Of a DNA stretch of 64,000 nt, positions 27,001 through 40,199 are shown piece after piece. Numbering within the stretch: the first letter of the stretch is position 1; each line of letters opens with the position of its first letter. The notes under the pieces were generated by a model. That model saw nothing but the letters and a program-made list of their open reading frames with translations, did no database searches and was not told the origin of the DNA. The stretch is from Sphaerodactylus townsendi (Eukaryota). The stretch is from positions 45,198,001 to 45,262,000 of the forward strand of contig NC_059434.1 in assembly GCF_021028975.2 (NCBI RefSeq). The letters are read 5' to 3'. Made by a program: the position numbers and the translations under genes.

Positions 27001-27413
27001 TTTTCTCAGTGTACATGACTCTCCATAGTCTCAGGTAGAAGTTTCTCCTATCAAGATTCTTAGAAATCCTGATTTTATTTGCAGTTGCTAGTTTAATGAT
27101 TTTTTAAACTTTTATTTTGTGAGCTGCCTTGTGAGTCTTGAATATTGTGCTGATGAGTTAGGCTAATGTACACCCAGACTTTTTTTTTTTTTGGTATTTC
27201 ATCTCAGTGCTCAAGTTGGCATCAATGCACTGCTCTATAAATGCTTAATAAGGTTGCAGTTACATGTTGAGATTAAATATACAGAATTCTCTATCAGGAA
27301 AAAACAACTGTAGCAACAAGCCAAATTTTGAAATAAACTCTGTAGGTTGTAAGAAACTGTGCATGTTTAGGGGACAATGAAAAACTATGAAGACTGAAGG
27401 TGTTTTTAATTAT

Positions 27414-27787
27414 ATAAGAATTACTCTGATGTTTTACATCAGTAGTCCATGTAATACAGCATCCTGTTTAACATAGTGGACAATAGTGGAGGGTCAACCA
27501 CGGGGCACAGACACCAAAGCCTTCCTCTAGTGTTGCCTCCTGGCACTGGAAGGCACAGATTTACTGTCTCTTAATGTGGAAGTCCCTTTTAATCACCATG
27601 GTTAGTAGCTACTAATGGAACTGTCCTCCATGAACTTATCCAACATCCATTTAAATCCACATCTTCTACCAGAAAATTATACATTTTAAGCACTTATTGA
27701 GTAAAGAAAACTTTCCTTTTATCTATCATGAACCTATTGCCCATTAACATCTTTGGGTGCCCCCAAGCTCTAGTATTTTGAGAGACT
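27414..27787 (-). mobile_element. Old CR1 LINE 3' end
   Basis: ataagaa tail remnant, then cagtagtccatgtaatacagcatcctgt ... aagaaaactttccttttatctatcatgaaccta, typical of a reverse-complemented CR1 3' region. Confidence 0.6.
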
Positions 27788-27877
27788 GAGTTAAGATGTA
27801 TTCATTTATGTTGACCCTTCCAGTGTCTAAAGGTCTGATGCTCAGCTAAAGATCTCAATGAAAGGTAATAAAAGATA

Positions 27878-28394
27878 CCATATATACTCGCCTATAAGCC
27901 GAGTTTTTCAGCCCTGTTTTAAGGCTGAAAAATGTCCCCTCGGCTTATACAAGAGTCACTGCTTACCAGCCGGCTCTTCAGGCCTCTGCTGAGGCTGGGG
28001 GCGTGGCCAGGACGACCTCCCTGCGGCTGCACAAGCCGCTTGTTGCTGCCCTCCTGGGAGGGTGAAGGGGAACCCTGGCTGGGCTTCCTCAAACCCTGGG
28101 AGGCAGAGGGAGCTCCTTATTTGGGTAGTGACTCCCCCTGATGTCATTGCCCAAATAAGGAGCTCCCTCCACCTCCTGGTTGCCTGTGCTTCCTCAAACC
28201 CAGCCTGGAGGTGGAGGGAGCTCCTTATTTGAGCAATGACATCAGGGTGAGTCACTGCCTAAATAAGGAGCTTCCTCTGCCTCCCGGCTTCCCACCTTCA
28301 GCTTATACAGGAGTCAATACGTTTTCTCAGGTTTTGGTAGTGAAATTAGGTGCCTCGGCTTATACACGAGTCAGTTTATACACGAATTTATAAG
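27878..28394. mobile_element. Tc2/pogo-type non-autonomous element
   Basis: TA-ccatatatactcgcctataagccgagtttttcagccc at the left end; aaattaggtgcctcggcttatacacgag subterminal block; degenerate right TIR. Confidence 0.8.
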
Positions 28395-30404
28395 TAGGTT
28401 AATTCATAATATGTACTGCTGAATAAAATGTCTGGCACTAGCAAGTTTTGGAAGCCTATACTGACACAACAAATAAAGCCCTTCCTTGAAAATGTTGAAT
28501 TTAGTGACTTGCTGTACTCTAAATTGAATTAGTAAAAAAGGATGCAAACAAAAAGAGTGTTTAATGTAAAAAAAAATGTGTCTTGGCTCAGAAACAAGTG
28601 ATGATTATGCCAAACCACCAAATGCATTTCTCATAGGCCCCTAAGCAGCCATCAGTCTGAAGAGACACGGGCCCATTACACTATTGCTATTGTTTTAAAT
28701 CAATGTACAGCACTGTGGATTAAGTAGCATTCTGTCCAAAAGTCCCAGCAAAGGCTGATTTCTACTGCTGGAACATATGAAATAGGGATGTGCCTTCCAA
28801 AGGCTATACAAAGGCTATATAAAGGAAACTTAAATATGCATGCTTACTTAAGCAGTATTTAATGAAGTTTCTCAAAATTCAGCCTAAAAACACATTGTTG
28901 TGTACCTCTTTGATCCTGTGGCGTGTGGGTTCTACAGAGCTCTGTGCATATGCACATTCACTTCCAAAATCACAGGAAATTTGTTTCACAATCACAATTC
29001 AGTTATATGTGCTAAGGTCTCCCTTTTCACAGATGCATATTTGGGGTAATGGATATGTCTTTGCACTAAATAGATGCTACTTTTCTGGTTGTATTCATTA
29101 CCCTCTCCATTAGGCTACAGTCTAAGTCCAATAAATCAAAGTAAAGATTTCTCTCATGCTCTTTCCCAGAAGTACATCCCCACCCGCATCTCCAAATCTT
29201 TGTGCAGCCAATAAGGCATTTGAGTACAAGATTTTCAAAGGATCCACTAAGACTGGTCCACTAGCTTAGGACTATGCTGTTATTTCGTACATACAGCATC
29301 CAACCATTAATGTTACCCTGAGAGCAAGATCATATTAAGGTCAACTCATTTTCTGATTCCGATTTCATTCTTCCTTCTTTCAGGTTTTATGCCTTTCTTT
29401 TGGGGAGTAGTGGTTGGTCTTTGTTTAACCTTCAGTTGTTAGGTGAGAGTTGATTTGTATGAGTATTGCCATGCTACATATATTGAGTACGACTCCCTAG
29501 ATATGAAATATCTTGCCAGCTATGAGTGGCAGTGGAAATCACAAAGATTAAAGATGTCAGAAACTTTGTTTACCATCTTCCCTCTGTGTCTTTTGTGACA
29601 GGGAAGGGCGTGAGGAGGAGCAGGATGGAAAAAAGATGAAAGACTTACCTTGAAATCCTTCTCAGTCAGACAATGAAAGAGAAATAAAAAGAATGTTCTT
29701 ACTAAGTAAAAATGAACTGCAAATTCAGTTGATGAGATATATGCATGTCACAAACATCACTTCTTTTTGTTACCCACTCATGACTCAGAAATCTGAAATA
29801 AAACCACAGTCTGGTGTGTGCATTCCAGTAGCACAGGGGAGCTTCTCATTTCACTAGCATCTATCATCCCATTCCGTAACTTTGCTCAATTTAGTTTAAA
29901 CTTGTGGTGCATTGAAATCATTGGTATGCACAAAAACTGAGTGTCTATCAAGAACATGTAGTGATCCCATTATCTAAAATGGATGAAATGAAATGCTTTG
30001 TTACCCAAAACCACAGCTATGACTGATTCTGTGCAGTCCTGTGTAGCCAGGAAAATATAAGAGGGAACACTGAATTTTAGCCTTCGATGGAGGGTCTGCA
30101 TTAATGTTAACATTCAAAGTGTGTATGAAATAGGTACATATGGTGGAAACTGGCAATCCACCTAGTACCTGGGTTCAGCTAATCCATCTAGACTGTGCCT
30201 AGAAACGGGGAACTGGCAGCATTGAGTTCCTATCAGCACAGTCCTAAGAACATTTTCCTGAAAGTAGTCGCCATTCAATAAACCTTACTAAGATTCTGAA
30301 TAGAGTTGTTGGCGCGTCTGGGTATAGTGCACGTGCATGCTGTGCATCTTGTAAACGGGGAACTCCCCTCAGAAAAGCATTTCAGAAAGCCAGTTTGAGT
30401 GAGA

Positions 30405-30533
30405 GGCAGATTCCACATGGGCCAAAAACAGCGGTGTGAAAATGGTGTACACCCCTTTACACCATTTTATACCATTTTAAACTATTTTCACACCGTTTTC
30501 ACAACACTGTTTTTGGCCCATGCGGAATCTGCC
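30405..30533. mobile_element. Short hairpin Harbinger-type MITE
   Basis: About 38-bp TIRs: ggcagattccacatgggccaaaaacagcggtgtgaaaa / ttttcacaacactgtttttggcccatgcggaatctgcc. Confidence 0.8.
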
Positions 30534-33189
30534 TGAGATTGAGAATCAGTAGTGGGGAAAGGGTTAAGCAGTACCATAAAGTCACTCTAAATTACTGGGG
30601 CCCCTGTCCCTTTAAGTGGCTTTTCTATTACTAGACTGTCTGAGTGGCTTTTCTCTTAATAAGTGGCTTTTCTCTTAACAGAAGTGGCTTAATAGAAAGA
30701 CTGTCTGAGTCTTTGCTTCCAATGTTTAGTTAGGCCCCAAGTCTGCTGGAACCTAGTAAGGGCTAACAAACTCACAGCTGCCTTGGGTTGAAGTGGTCAT
30801 AGAAGAGTCCCTCTAGTTTGTAAAGAAAAATCATTCGTACCAGAAAAGTATGTTTTTCTTTTAAACACCTCTTCATTTATAACAGAAACATAAATTTAAC
30901 TGATCTTTCCATTATTTTTAAACAAAACTTTCCTTCCCTCTACCACAGATGGCTGAATGCTGACTCAATGCAAAGAACTTGGGAGGTTATAAAAACAAGG
31001 ACTTAGTCTGACAATCCATTATAAGTTGGCTAATATCCTTCTGCTGCCAATAATCAAGTCTCTGGTAACATTTAAGGATCCCCCTTCACTTGCTGAATAC
31101 ATATTATTCTTGTCTTTTTTTTAAGCAGAGCTCTTTTATGAAACCTCTAATATTAGATCACTTATTCTTTGTCTTCATGAGGACATTATTTATTTTTCAA
31201 AGGGGGAACTTAAGGAAAATTACTTCTTGCAGGTGGATTTGCTGTAAAGCTATTTTGCAGTATAGTTTACAGTTTTGTTTCTCTCTTCTCACAATCTCAA
31301 GTGAAAACTTCAACATTCTAATAAATAAGAATTAATAGGTATTACAGCCAAAATATTTTTGATGAGATTGTAGCACAGAGCTGGCTAGTTGTCAAGAGCA
31401 CATGGCATTGATGATCCATATCACAGTAAGACAGTGCTGATATCTTTATGATAGAAATTGGATAATAGTGCAATCACCTGGCTGATGAGCTGCGTTTTCT
31501 TGTCTGGGCTAAAGAGTTTCTCAGAATTAGCCATTAGAAGGTTTGGTTATACATTCATTTAAAAAGGTAAACGCCACTTGATGGCTTATAGGGATGTCTG
31601 CAGATATTTTTATTTTTGTATTTGGTTCATTTTTAGTTTATCTTAAAAATTGATTTAAATTCTTCATAATCAAAAATTAATAGTCTTTTTAAAATTTCCA
31701 TAGATTTCAATGGGAAACATTTTGGCCTGTATCTTCCAGTTTTTGTTTCATTTTCCACCTAGGATAATATTTTCAGGGATTACACTTCTAATACAATTGA
31801 TCCTCTGAATAAAATGTGTTAAGATTTATATAAAGGTCCCCATTTTATATTTAATAAAGGTTCTTTTTTTTGCAGAACAGGCATAAGATGACCCAGTACC
31901 AATGGCATGTTTTTTTTTCTTTTAAAATTTACTGGCATCCTCAAATGATGAGTTGGATGCACATTTTAAAACAAAACCAGAATGTGTGGGTAAGGGAAAT
32001 TAAACACTGACTTTCCTCTTTCTTCTGCCTCTTAGTGCCCCCTTAGGATATCTCCCCTGGCAGTGATACCACACATTTTGGGAACCACTGAGGCCTCTTC
32101 CATACATGACGAATAATTAACTTTCAGTACCCTTTCATAATTGTTTTCCAATGGATTTTGCCATGTCGCACAATAAAATACAGCTGCAAAGTACATTGAA
32201 AGTGGATTGAAAGTGCATTATTCTGCATGTGCACTTTCTTCCCTTCTGTTTTAATTTCCTCCTATTGCTTTTCCTCACTTGCTCACAAAGGTCATCAGCC
32301 TTTGGGAGCAGTTTGCAACAGGAGAAACATGTCATGAATAAAGTTCCTAACAGATCTTCTTTCACACTATGCAGGTAATGAAAAAAACCTTTATTTCCAG
32401 AAGTGTAGTTTTCAGGAATATGTAGATGTCTGCCAGTTGGATGCTTCCAACTATGGCTGTTCTGGTGTGGTCACTGGCATGTTAATCCATAATTAGGTTG
32501 CAGTACGTAGCAATGGACTCCAGTGTAATTACACCTTGGAGGTTGGTATTGTTGGTACATAATACCCTTTTGCTGAGTGAGCATACCATGTTGGCCTTAG
32601 CAATACACCAGCATCTAGGGCTTAGGTTTGGGCATCCCCTGCCTTTCTAAAATAAGTGAGCATATTTAATAATAGTATTTGCTATTCTTTGTTTCAATCA
32701 ATGGAATTGCATGATCCTACTAATTTTAAGCCAAAAATAAATCCCTTTGCCTTTGTTAACAGTTTGTCTCCAGATCTATTTCTAGTTGTACCTTTTAGAG
32801 CCCAGCTTCAAGTTATGTTGTGGTTGCATACGAGGATGCTCTCCGTTTGACCTTATAAAAACAACCATGATGTGACATTTCAAATTGGAGCTTCTCTCTG
32901 CCTGCTGTCCCCCATTTTGGGGGTTAATAGCATCCTGGAAAGGAGAGTTTTGGTTGGGCACAAGATACAGGTTTAGTTAGTTAATTAGATCCTCCCATGC
33001 TAAGTAGCATATTGGGCAACAAGTGCTCTCCAGCATTTCCAGTCTTGGACAAGTGTTTCAGTCTCTTTCCATACAATATTCAGTGCCTTCAGATCTTGCT
33101 TGAATGTAACTCTAATTCATATTCCTTAACATATACACAATTTTAAAATCCAGTCATGTACTGCCAACAAATTTCATATGCTCCTTTGA

Positions 33190-33378
33190 CAGAGGCTTAG
33201 CAAGGGAGGAAAGCGCCCGGTGCACTGGTGCATCCTCCGCCCCTGTCCCAGAATGCCCCCACCCCGGAATGCGCCCACCCTGCCCCAGAACACCATACCA
33301 CACCCCCACCACGCCCCCACAGGGGTGCACGCCCGGTTCATTGCACACACACCCTGCCCCCTTGGAGCTACGCCTATG
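33190..33378. mobile_element. hAT MITE
   Basis: TIRs cagaggcttagc / gctacgcctatg with an 8-bp TSD tcctttga / tcctttgg. Confidence 0.75.
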
Positions 33379-34587
33379 TCCTTTGGAAATTTTTGAAAAT
33401 TTTGAAAATGGATTCAAATTCTGGGACAGAGATTCATGCCTGACATTTATATGCCAATATGGGAAAATGTTTACTGTAAAATACAATTGGAGGACCTCCC
33501 ACAAAAGCACCTGTTTCTCCTTTTAGAATGTATTGCCTCCAAAAAAGAATAATGAAAAGCAGAGGAACATTAAGGTTCTGTTAGTTTGCAGTTAGTTTTA
33601 CAAGGTTGGTATAAAAGTCCAATTTCTACTTTTTGTCTGTCAACTATATGAAGTTGATTATTCTGTGCCCATATGCTCTGCCATGAAGATCAAGATCAAT
33701 TTAAGGAACAGGGGGTCAAAACAGGCATGAAGGGAAATGACAGTCTCTGAGAATGACTCAATTTGTGACTCAAAAGGGATAGGTCTTTCAGCTACCTTAT
33801 GATGACTATTCATAGCCAGGTACTTAAGACGGTCTGTAAACATGGGATGATGATTTGTCATGTTTCTCTTGTGGTCTCTTTAGTGGTTTTATATTCCAGC
33901 ACTAGAAACCCAAGAATGTATACCTTAGGGGAAGGAAAAGTGGCCAGAATCATTTTTGAAAACTGCCTGATTAACCACCTGAAACTGGACACTGAGAATT
34001 TTTTCCAAAAATAGGTGTAACCACTTGCTGCAGCAAATAATTGCATCTGCTTTGCAGAAAGCAGCTTTGGAAAAAAATTAATTAACGATGGTATCTGTAC
34101 TGACCAGACTGAACATATCCCTTAGATGAAAGGGATGGGGATCCAAAAGATCTACTAAAGCATCTGCAATGCCAACACCTGCTAGTGCCTCTTCATTAAA
34201 AAATCAGTGGGATGCACTTGAAGCATATCTTGTTTTCACATTCCCAAGACAAAAGCAAAACATGTACTGCAAAAAAAGTTACCTTTATAAGATTAGCGAA
34301 AAAGTCCAGTTGCAACAGAATATTTTCTGGATCTGAGTTTCCTCATCTCACTGAGCACAGATGTAAAATCATTCAGAAACTGTTCAGAAATAAGGGAGCA
34401 TGTGCACTGAAGATGGGAAAGGGAGTTAATGAAAAGCAACTCTCCACATAAAGAAATAAATATTGCTAAGTTGTCCTTGCTGCTGTGGCCATGCCCTACC
34501 AAAAAGCTTTGACACTTCCTCCCCACAATGCACCTGCTTGTTCCAAGTGGGTATTCTGCTATTTGCATTTATTTATTTACTTAATTT

Positions 34588-35815
34588 ACTAGCGGGCCTG
34601 GCCACGTGTTGCTGTGGCAACTGTCCTTCTCATCACAGTCCGCAACCCACACAGATGTCCATGCAGGTCCAATGATCCCCAGCATAGCCTTTTGGGGTGG
34701 TCAAATGGAATCAATCCCTCTTTCCAGAGGTAGGTTCCAACCAGTTCTCACCACTTCTCTAGAAGTGGTTACTAATTTTTTCTGAGTGCCGAGAAGGGGT
34801 TACTAAAGCAACCTCCCTGCCCAATAGGGACTGGAGGTGCGTGTGTGCTGCTGTGCCACTGTTTGAATCCCACCACCATCAGAACCTGTTGTTAAAATTT
34901 TTGGATCCCACCACTGCCCCTTTCCCTTTTCAATGCACATCGTTATATGGTGCTGTCTTGTTTTTTTAGTGTAAGGTAACCCTTCCCATTGCACAACGGA
35001 ACTGTCCAGAGTGTGAATCCTGCTGTCCATGAGGCTGGTTGACACGCACAGTCCTGGCTTGGGTAAGGCAGAACTGGGGCAAGCAAGCTGTCCCAGTCAG
35101 GCAGCAGAGGCAGGGTGGTGAGGCGCTCAGATTGAGGCCAGCTCCCTGGGTTCTTAAAGGGCCATGTGCAAAAGAAGTGGAGCCGGTAGTGTTGGTTCGC
35201 CCCCACCCCGCAGATTTTTTCAGAAGAAAAAGGCAAACTCCAGCTTTCTTTTAGTAAAAGAGAGCTGTGGCGAATATGGGTGAGGAAGTGGGTAAGTGGT
35301 GGTTGGATGTGAGGGGGGGGCAGAGTGAGGTGTAAGAGGATGAGCTGGATGTGTATGAGAGTATGTGTGTTGTGTGGTAGCAGTGGGTGAGGCACAGAGA
35401 GTGAAAGTTACCTGCATGTGAGGGGGGGAACCCCACCTGACGTCTCACACAGCAAAGTGTGTATGTGTTTCACTTCCACTCGTATTACCTACCAGTATTA
35501 CCTATTTACTGTTTTCACTGCTCATCTGTGGCCACCTGCGTGAACATTCTAAGGGCATACCAAGCTCTCAGGCCACAGACAGACATGCTGCACATTCTAA
35601 GGGTGACAGTTAAACACAGCCAGATTCATGGCCTGGTGCGCCAGGAAAAAGACATTTCACCTGGCTCAGGTATGGATTTTCAGCTATTTGAAGGTCCGAT
35701 TACCTGCCTGCAACAGGGAGGAATGTCCTGTGAAAATTTGGGGGCGATCTGTCCAGCAGCTTCTGAGGGAGACCATCAGGGACAAACACACGTTTAGATT
35801 TATATATATATAGAT
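34588..35815 (+). mobile_element. Helentron/DINE-1-like non-autonomous element inserted in a SINE tail, with a nested hAT fragment
   Basis: Starts actagcgggcctggccacgtgttgctgtggc and ends tttatatatatatagat with no TSD. The flanks rejoin as a Squam3-like tail (tttatttacttaattt|atcctgtctttctcc..gggacccaaag). A hAT-like end ggatcccaccactg lies near 34916. Confidence 0.6.
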
Positions 35816-36199
35816 ATCCTGTCTTTCTCCTCAGTAGGGACCCAAAGTGACTTTCGTAGTTTTTCTATTTTATCCTCACAACCTGGGTCCCCCAGATCCT
35901 AATCTGACGTTCTAACCACTATACCATGCTGGCTGTCCTGGCTCACACACTTCTAGTGGGATTATTCTGAATGGTCTTTCATTCAGATAGTCCCATCTCT
36001 GGTCCTCCTTCCCAATTGTCTGCTTCTCCTTTGTAACTATTTTTCCGAGCACTCTCCAACAATTACTTTTTCACATCTTACAGATGACATCCTTGCACCT
36101 CTCCCCTGGTATCCTGATAATTCTTGGATGGTGGGGTAGATCTAGAGTCAAGGGGAAACTTTTCCAGCTGCATTCATTTCCACCAGAAGTCGGATTTTT

Positions 36200-36498
36200 G
36201 AGCCAGTAGGGTGTAGTGGTTAAGAGCAGAGAACTGCAAGCTGGAGAACTGTTTGATTCCCCACTCCTCCACATGAGCAGTGGAATCTAATCTGGTGAGT
36301 CAGGTTTGTTTCCCCCCACTCCTCCACTGGAACCCTGCTGGGTGACTTTTGGCTAGCGACGGTTCTCTCAAAACTCTCTCGGCTCCATCTACCTCACAAG
36401 GTATCTGTTGTGGGGAGTGAAAGGGAAAGCAATGGTAAGCCACATTGAAACTCCTTAAAGACAGAGAAAAAGCAGGGAATAAAAACCAACTCTTCCTC
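36200..36498 (+). mobile_element. Squam3-like tRNA/CORE SINE
   Basis: Head gagccagtagggtgtagtggttaagagc; B-box-like gtttgattcccc; CORE ctacctcacaaggtatctgttgtgggg; tail ataaaaaccaactcttc. Confidence 0.85.
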
Positions 36499-38328
36499 CC
36501 CATAGGTTTCAGAAAATAGTAATTTTTCCATCTTCCCTGACCAATGCAAAATAAACATTATGGACAATCATATGCTTGATTCTAGTTAGCTAAATGATTA
36601 CGTGGAATATAATTCCACATAATAAATGATTACGTGGAATACACATGGCTTTGACAGTAATTATTGTATTCCATTTTCATTGTTCTCTTAAACATTTTAA
36701 TGTTATATGAATCTGTTACAACTTATGATTGAAACACATACATTTGAACTGATAAATATGAAACTGGTTTAATTATAATTTCCTGGTAGTGAAATATACC
36801 AACAACATACTAAATTACAGTGCAGTTTACAGTCCTTTCTCCTTAGTGTGCTGTGTGCAACCCCCCTTTTTAAAAGTCTGTTTTTGTAAGACATCTTGGA
36901 TGGGACAAAGAACACACTAATGCTTAATGTCCCCAGTGAAATCACCAGGATTTTAAAACACTTAACTTTGGTTGAATCATGCCATGTTTTTCAAATTCAT
37001 ATCCAAGGCATACTATTGGGTTAAGTAGGAGATTTAACATTAACTCTCAGTTTCCATTATTTCCATGAGAGTGAGTCATTGTCTTACTGTTGAATATGAT
37101 TTAATATATAGCATTTCTTCACCTGCCCCAGACCTTTTAATTTCTTCCCATAAATTATGCCTTATTATCTAATTAGTTTGGTTATTTTAGCCAAATTTAT
37201 GAGCAGGTGATGTGGCCAATTTGTTACATAGCCATAAAGCTATGCCTTTTTTATTGTTATAAGACTTTCCCCCTCCCCCAATGTATACTTTAATTCCACT
37301 GCTCTGAGACATGCTTTCCCAGATTAATGCAGCACTATTAAGAAATCAATTAGTATAATACAAGCTGGAGACGTACACATAGTAAATCATTTTATTTTGT
37401 ATTCTGTCCTACTTTTTGCAGCACTATCCTAATTTCCATTTGCATCTGATACTATAACTATATGAATTAAAAATCATGTGAGGCAACTAAATCAAATCTG
37501 TATGTGAGTAAAACAAGTTAAATGAGTTTTTAATGGTACCCAGAGAACTGCCAACACAATTTTTAGACAGCATAATTCTTGAGCACATTATAAACATAAC
37601 TTCACAAAATTTAGCCACAGCACACTATTTCATTATTCTATGCTACCTTATTTTTCAATTTGAGCCAATGACCGCCAAGAAATATCTCATTTCGCTGGCT
37701 GTAACTATCAACATTAATATCCTCAACTAATAAGGGTGATCCAAGGGTGACTTATGAATCAGGTCCCACTATGAATGCTTTGCCTATCTACTTGGAAAAA
37801 ATGGTGCCTATATTATGTCCAGGACTGCTCCAATTGATATTTCAGTGATTATATTTTATGTGTTGTAGTCCATTTTGAGTTCCATGAGAAAAAAAATGTG
37901 GCTAATAAATAGCTTAAATTAATAAAATAAATAAGATAAATAAGTGCACCTATATATAACTGTGACGAATCTATGGAAAATGATGTATAAAAATTACATT
38001 CCATGTAATGCTACTTCAAAGCTGGGAGCATGCAGAGGCAGAAAAACCTGTCTGTTAAGGGTTAATTCCTCACAGAGCCTGTATGTGAGTAAGTGACATG
38101 CTTGGAGTGGGTGCAGTTTAGAACTGAGTCAGAGCTGTTGACAGAAATATAGATTGGAATTCTTGGACCCAGAGGGTGCAGATTTGTTTAGCATCTGTGT
38201 ATAGACCAGTGGTGTTGGCCGGGAAAGAGTATTTGGGAAAGAGGACACTACTGCAGCCAAGGAAGGGAATAAACTTCTAAGGACTGAAGAATTCCTAGTC
38301 CAGGTTCTAAAAACAAAGCTAATTCATC

Positions 38329-38466
38329 CAGGGCCGGAGCAAGGGGGAATTGTGCCCGGAGCATGCATGCGCCCTGCACCCCTGCCACGCTCCCGCCATG
38401 CCCCCACGCCAGCGAGCACCCAGTGTGTCGCACATCACCCTTCACCCCCTTGGCGCCACACCACTG
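38329..38466. mobile_element. hAT MITE
   Basis: cagggccggagc ... gccacaccactg with a perfect 8-bp TSD AATTCATC (38321-38328 and 38467-38474). Confidence 0.85.
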
Positions 38467-39079
38467 AATTCATCTCCTGAACTGTGTATGTAGAAAAGAG
38501 GGAACTGGCTGAGGGAAAGAGATGGTATCAGAGAAGGACCAATCTGAAGCCCAGAGAGGAACTGAAGCTTTGGCCCTAGTTCTGAGGTGGATTTATTTCT
38601 AAAGCTCTGAAGTGATCCTAGAGTTTAAGGAAGTCTGGAGGAGAAAGGGAGTTGAGTGAAATACTCCATTCCATCTAGATTTTGGACAGCAGAGTTTACA
38701 CATAAACTTCTGAATACAAGTCTGAGTCAACAACTAAGATCTATCTTTTTAAAAAAAATAGAAATATGTAACAAACTGAAATCTTATCGAACAGCCAAAT
38801 GCCACTTGAGGTGAACTAAGTAAGAATGTCTTATTATTTGTCTGCTTCTTTCCCTCTCACCAAATTTCTCCCTATCCTTATCCTAGTGTCCTGCAAAGTT
38901 GAATTAAATTCTAATATTTTATGGTAGAACTTTGAAAAGCCTCTAGCATGATTATCTCTGAGATCAAACACAGAAGACAAAGGGAGCATCACCTCAGTTC
39001 CCTAAGTTGATTCAGTTATACGTTTACTTCAGGGAGGTAAGAGACGGGACAACTGCATATAACTCACAGGAAGGTTGTA

Positions 39080-39576
39080 CAGTGGAACCTCGGTTTTCGT
39101 TGGTAATCCGTCCGAAAAGAATAGATGAAAACCGAAACTGATGAAAACTGAGGCAAACTTTTCCATAGGAATCAATGTAAATCTAATTAATCCATTCTAG
39201 GCACTCCAAAAAACATACCAAAAACACATTTTTTGGTAAATAAACATAGTGTTTAATGTTGAAAACAGTAACAAACAATAACACTAGGACCAGCTTCAGA
39301 GCCAGTGGACCAAAGAGGTCTGTCCAAAGAGGTCTGTTTCTGACGCTTCTTTAAGATTTGTCTGAAATGTGGCAAGACATTGTCATTAAACAAGTTGCAG
39401 ACATGGCCTGTAACAGCTTTGTCCGGGTGATTTTTCTCCACAAACCCCTGCACTTTACTGCAAATTGATGAAAACCGAGGCAAATCTATGAAAACTGATA
39501 CAAATTTTTCACTGAAAAAATCGATGAAAACCGACACTGATGAAAACCGAAGGCAATGAAAACCAAGGTTCCACTG
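39080..39576 (-). mobile_element. Internally deleted Tigger/pogo DNA transposon retaining the transposase C-terminus
   Basis: TA-cagtggaacctcggttttc ... gaaaaccaaggttccactg-TA. Minus strand encodes KVQGFVEKNHPDKAVTGHVCNLFNDNVLPHFRQILKKRQKQTSLDR. Confidence 0.9.
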
Positions 39577-39667
39577 TATGTAGTAAAGCTGACCAACAAG
39601 AAGATCAAAAGAAGTAATTCCAGAAAAAATTAGGGAACATTCCTGCCTAAGGTTATAGGGGAGGTGG

Positions 39668-40145
39668 TGTAGTCGACCCACGTGGTCAGCGTAAGAACGA
39701 GACGAGACGCGGAGATAACATCTGGTGGAGATCGCCAGCAGCGGGAGCCCGGAGGTCCGTGTTCCTAGCGAATCTCCCGCGTGCTGGTTCCTGGCACCTT
39801 TTATTGTTATTCCTATCGGGCGCAGTAGGAGGGAGGGACCGGGGAGTTCCGGGAGAGCTGAGAGTGCGGAGGTCGGGAGATCATCATGTGATGCATGATC
39901 TCACCTTGGCTACGTCGGCGGAGAGGAGCGTGAGCTGCTCTGAGCTCTAATCTCTCACCTGGGGCAGTGGACCATTGTCCCTAAGCGCCTCCGGCGACTT
40001 AAGAGCCAGACAGTTCCATGACCCGCACTCCAGGGGGGATGAGGAGGGGGGGTGCGGGTGCTTACCTCAGAAGGCCGAGGAGTCCATTGGCATGCCTTAA
40101 CGTTTCTACCACGCAGTGCTGCTGGGTCAGCAGTGCATTACTACA
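39668..40145 (-). repeat. 3' LTR of ERV copy 1 (478 bp)
   Basis: tgtagt...actaca inverted termini; AATAAA on the minus strand at 39800-39805; directly adjacent to the PPT. Confidence 0.95.
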
Positions 40146-40164
40146 TTCTCCTCCTTTTTTTTTT
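40146..40164 (-). promoter_or_regulatory. Polypurine tract of ERV copy 1
   Basis: Minus strand AAAAAAAAAAGGAGGAGAA immediately precedes the 3' LTR TGTAGTAATG. Confidence 0.9.
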
Positions 40165-40199
40165 ACATTTTGTGAAGGGGACCGGAAAATGCTAAGGGG

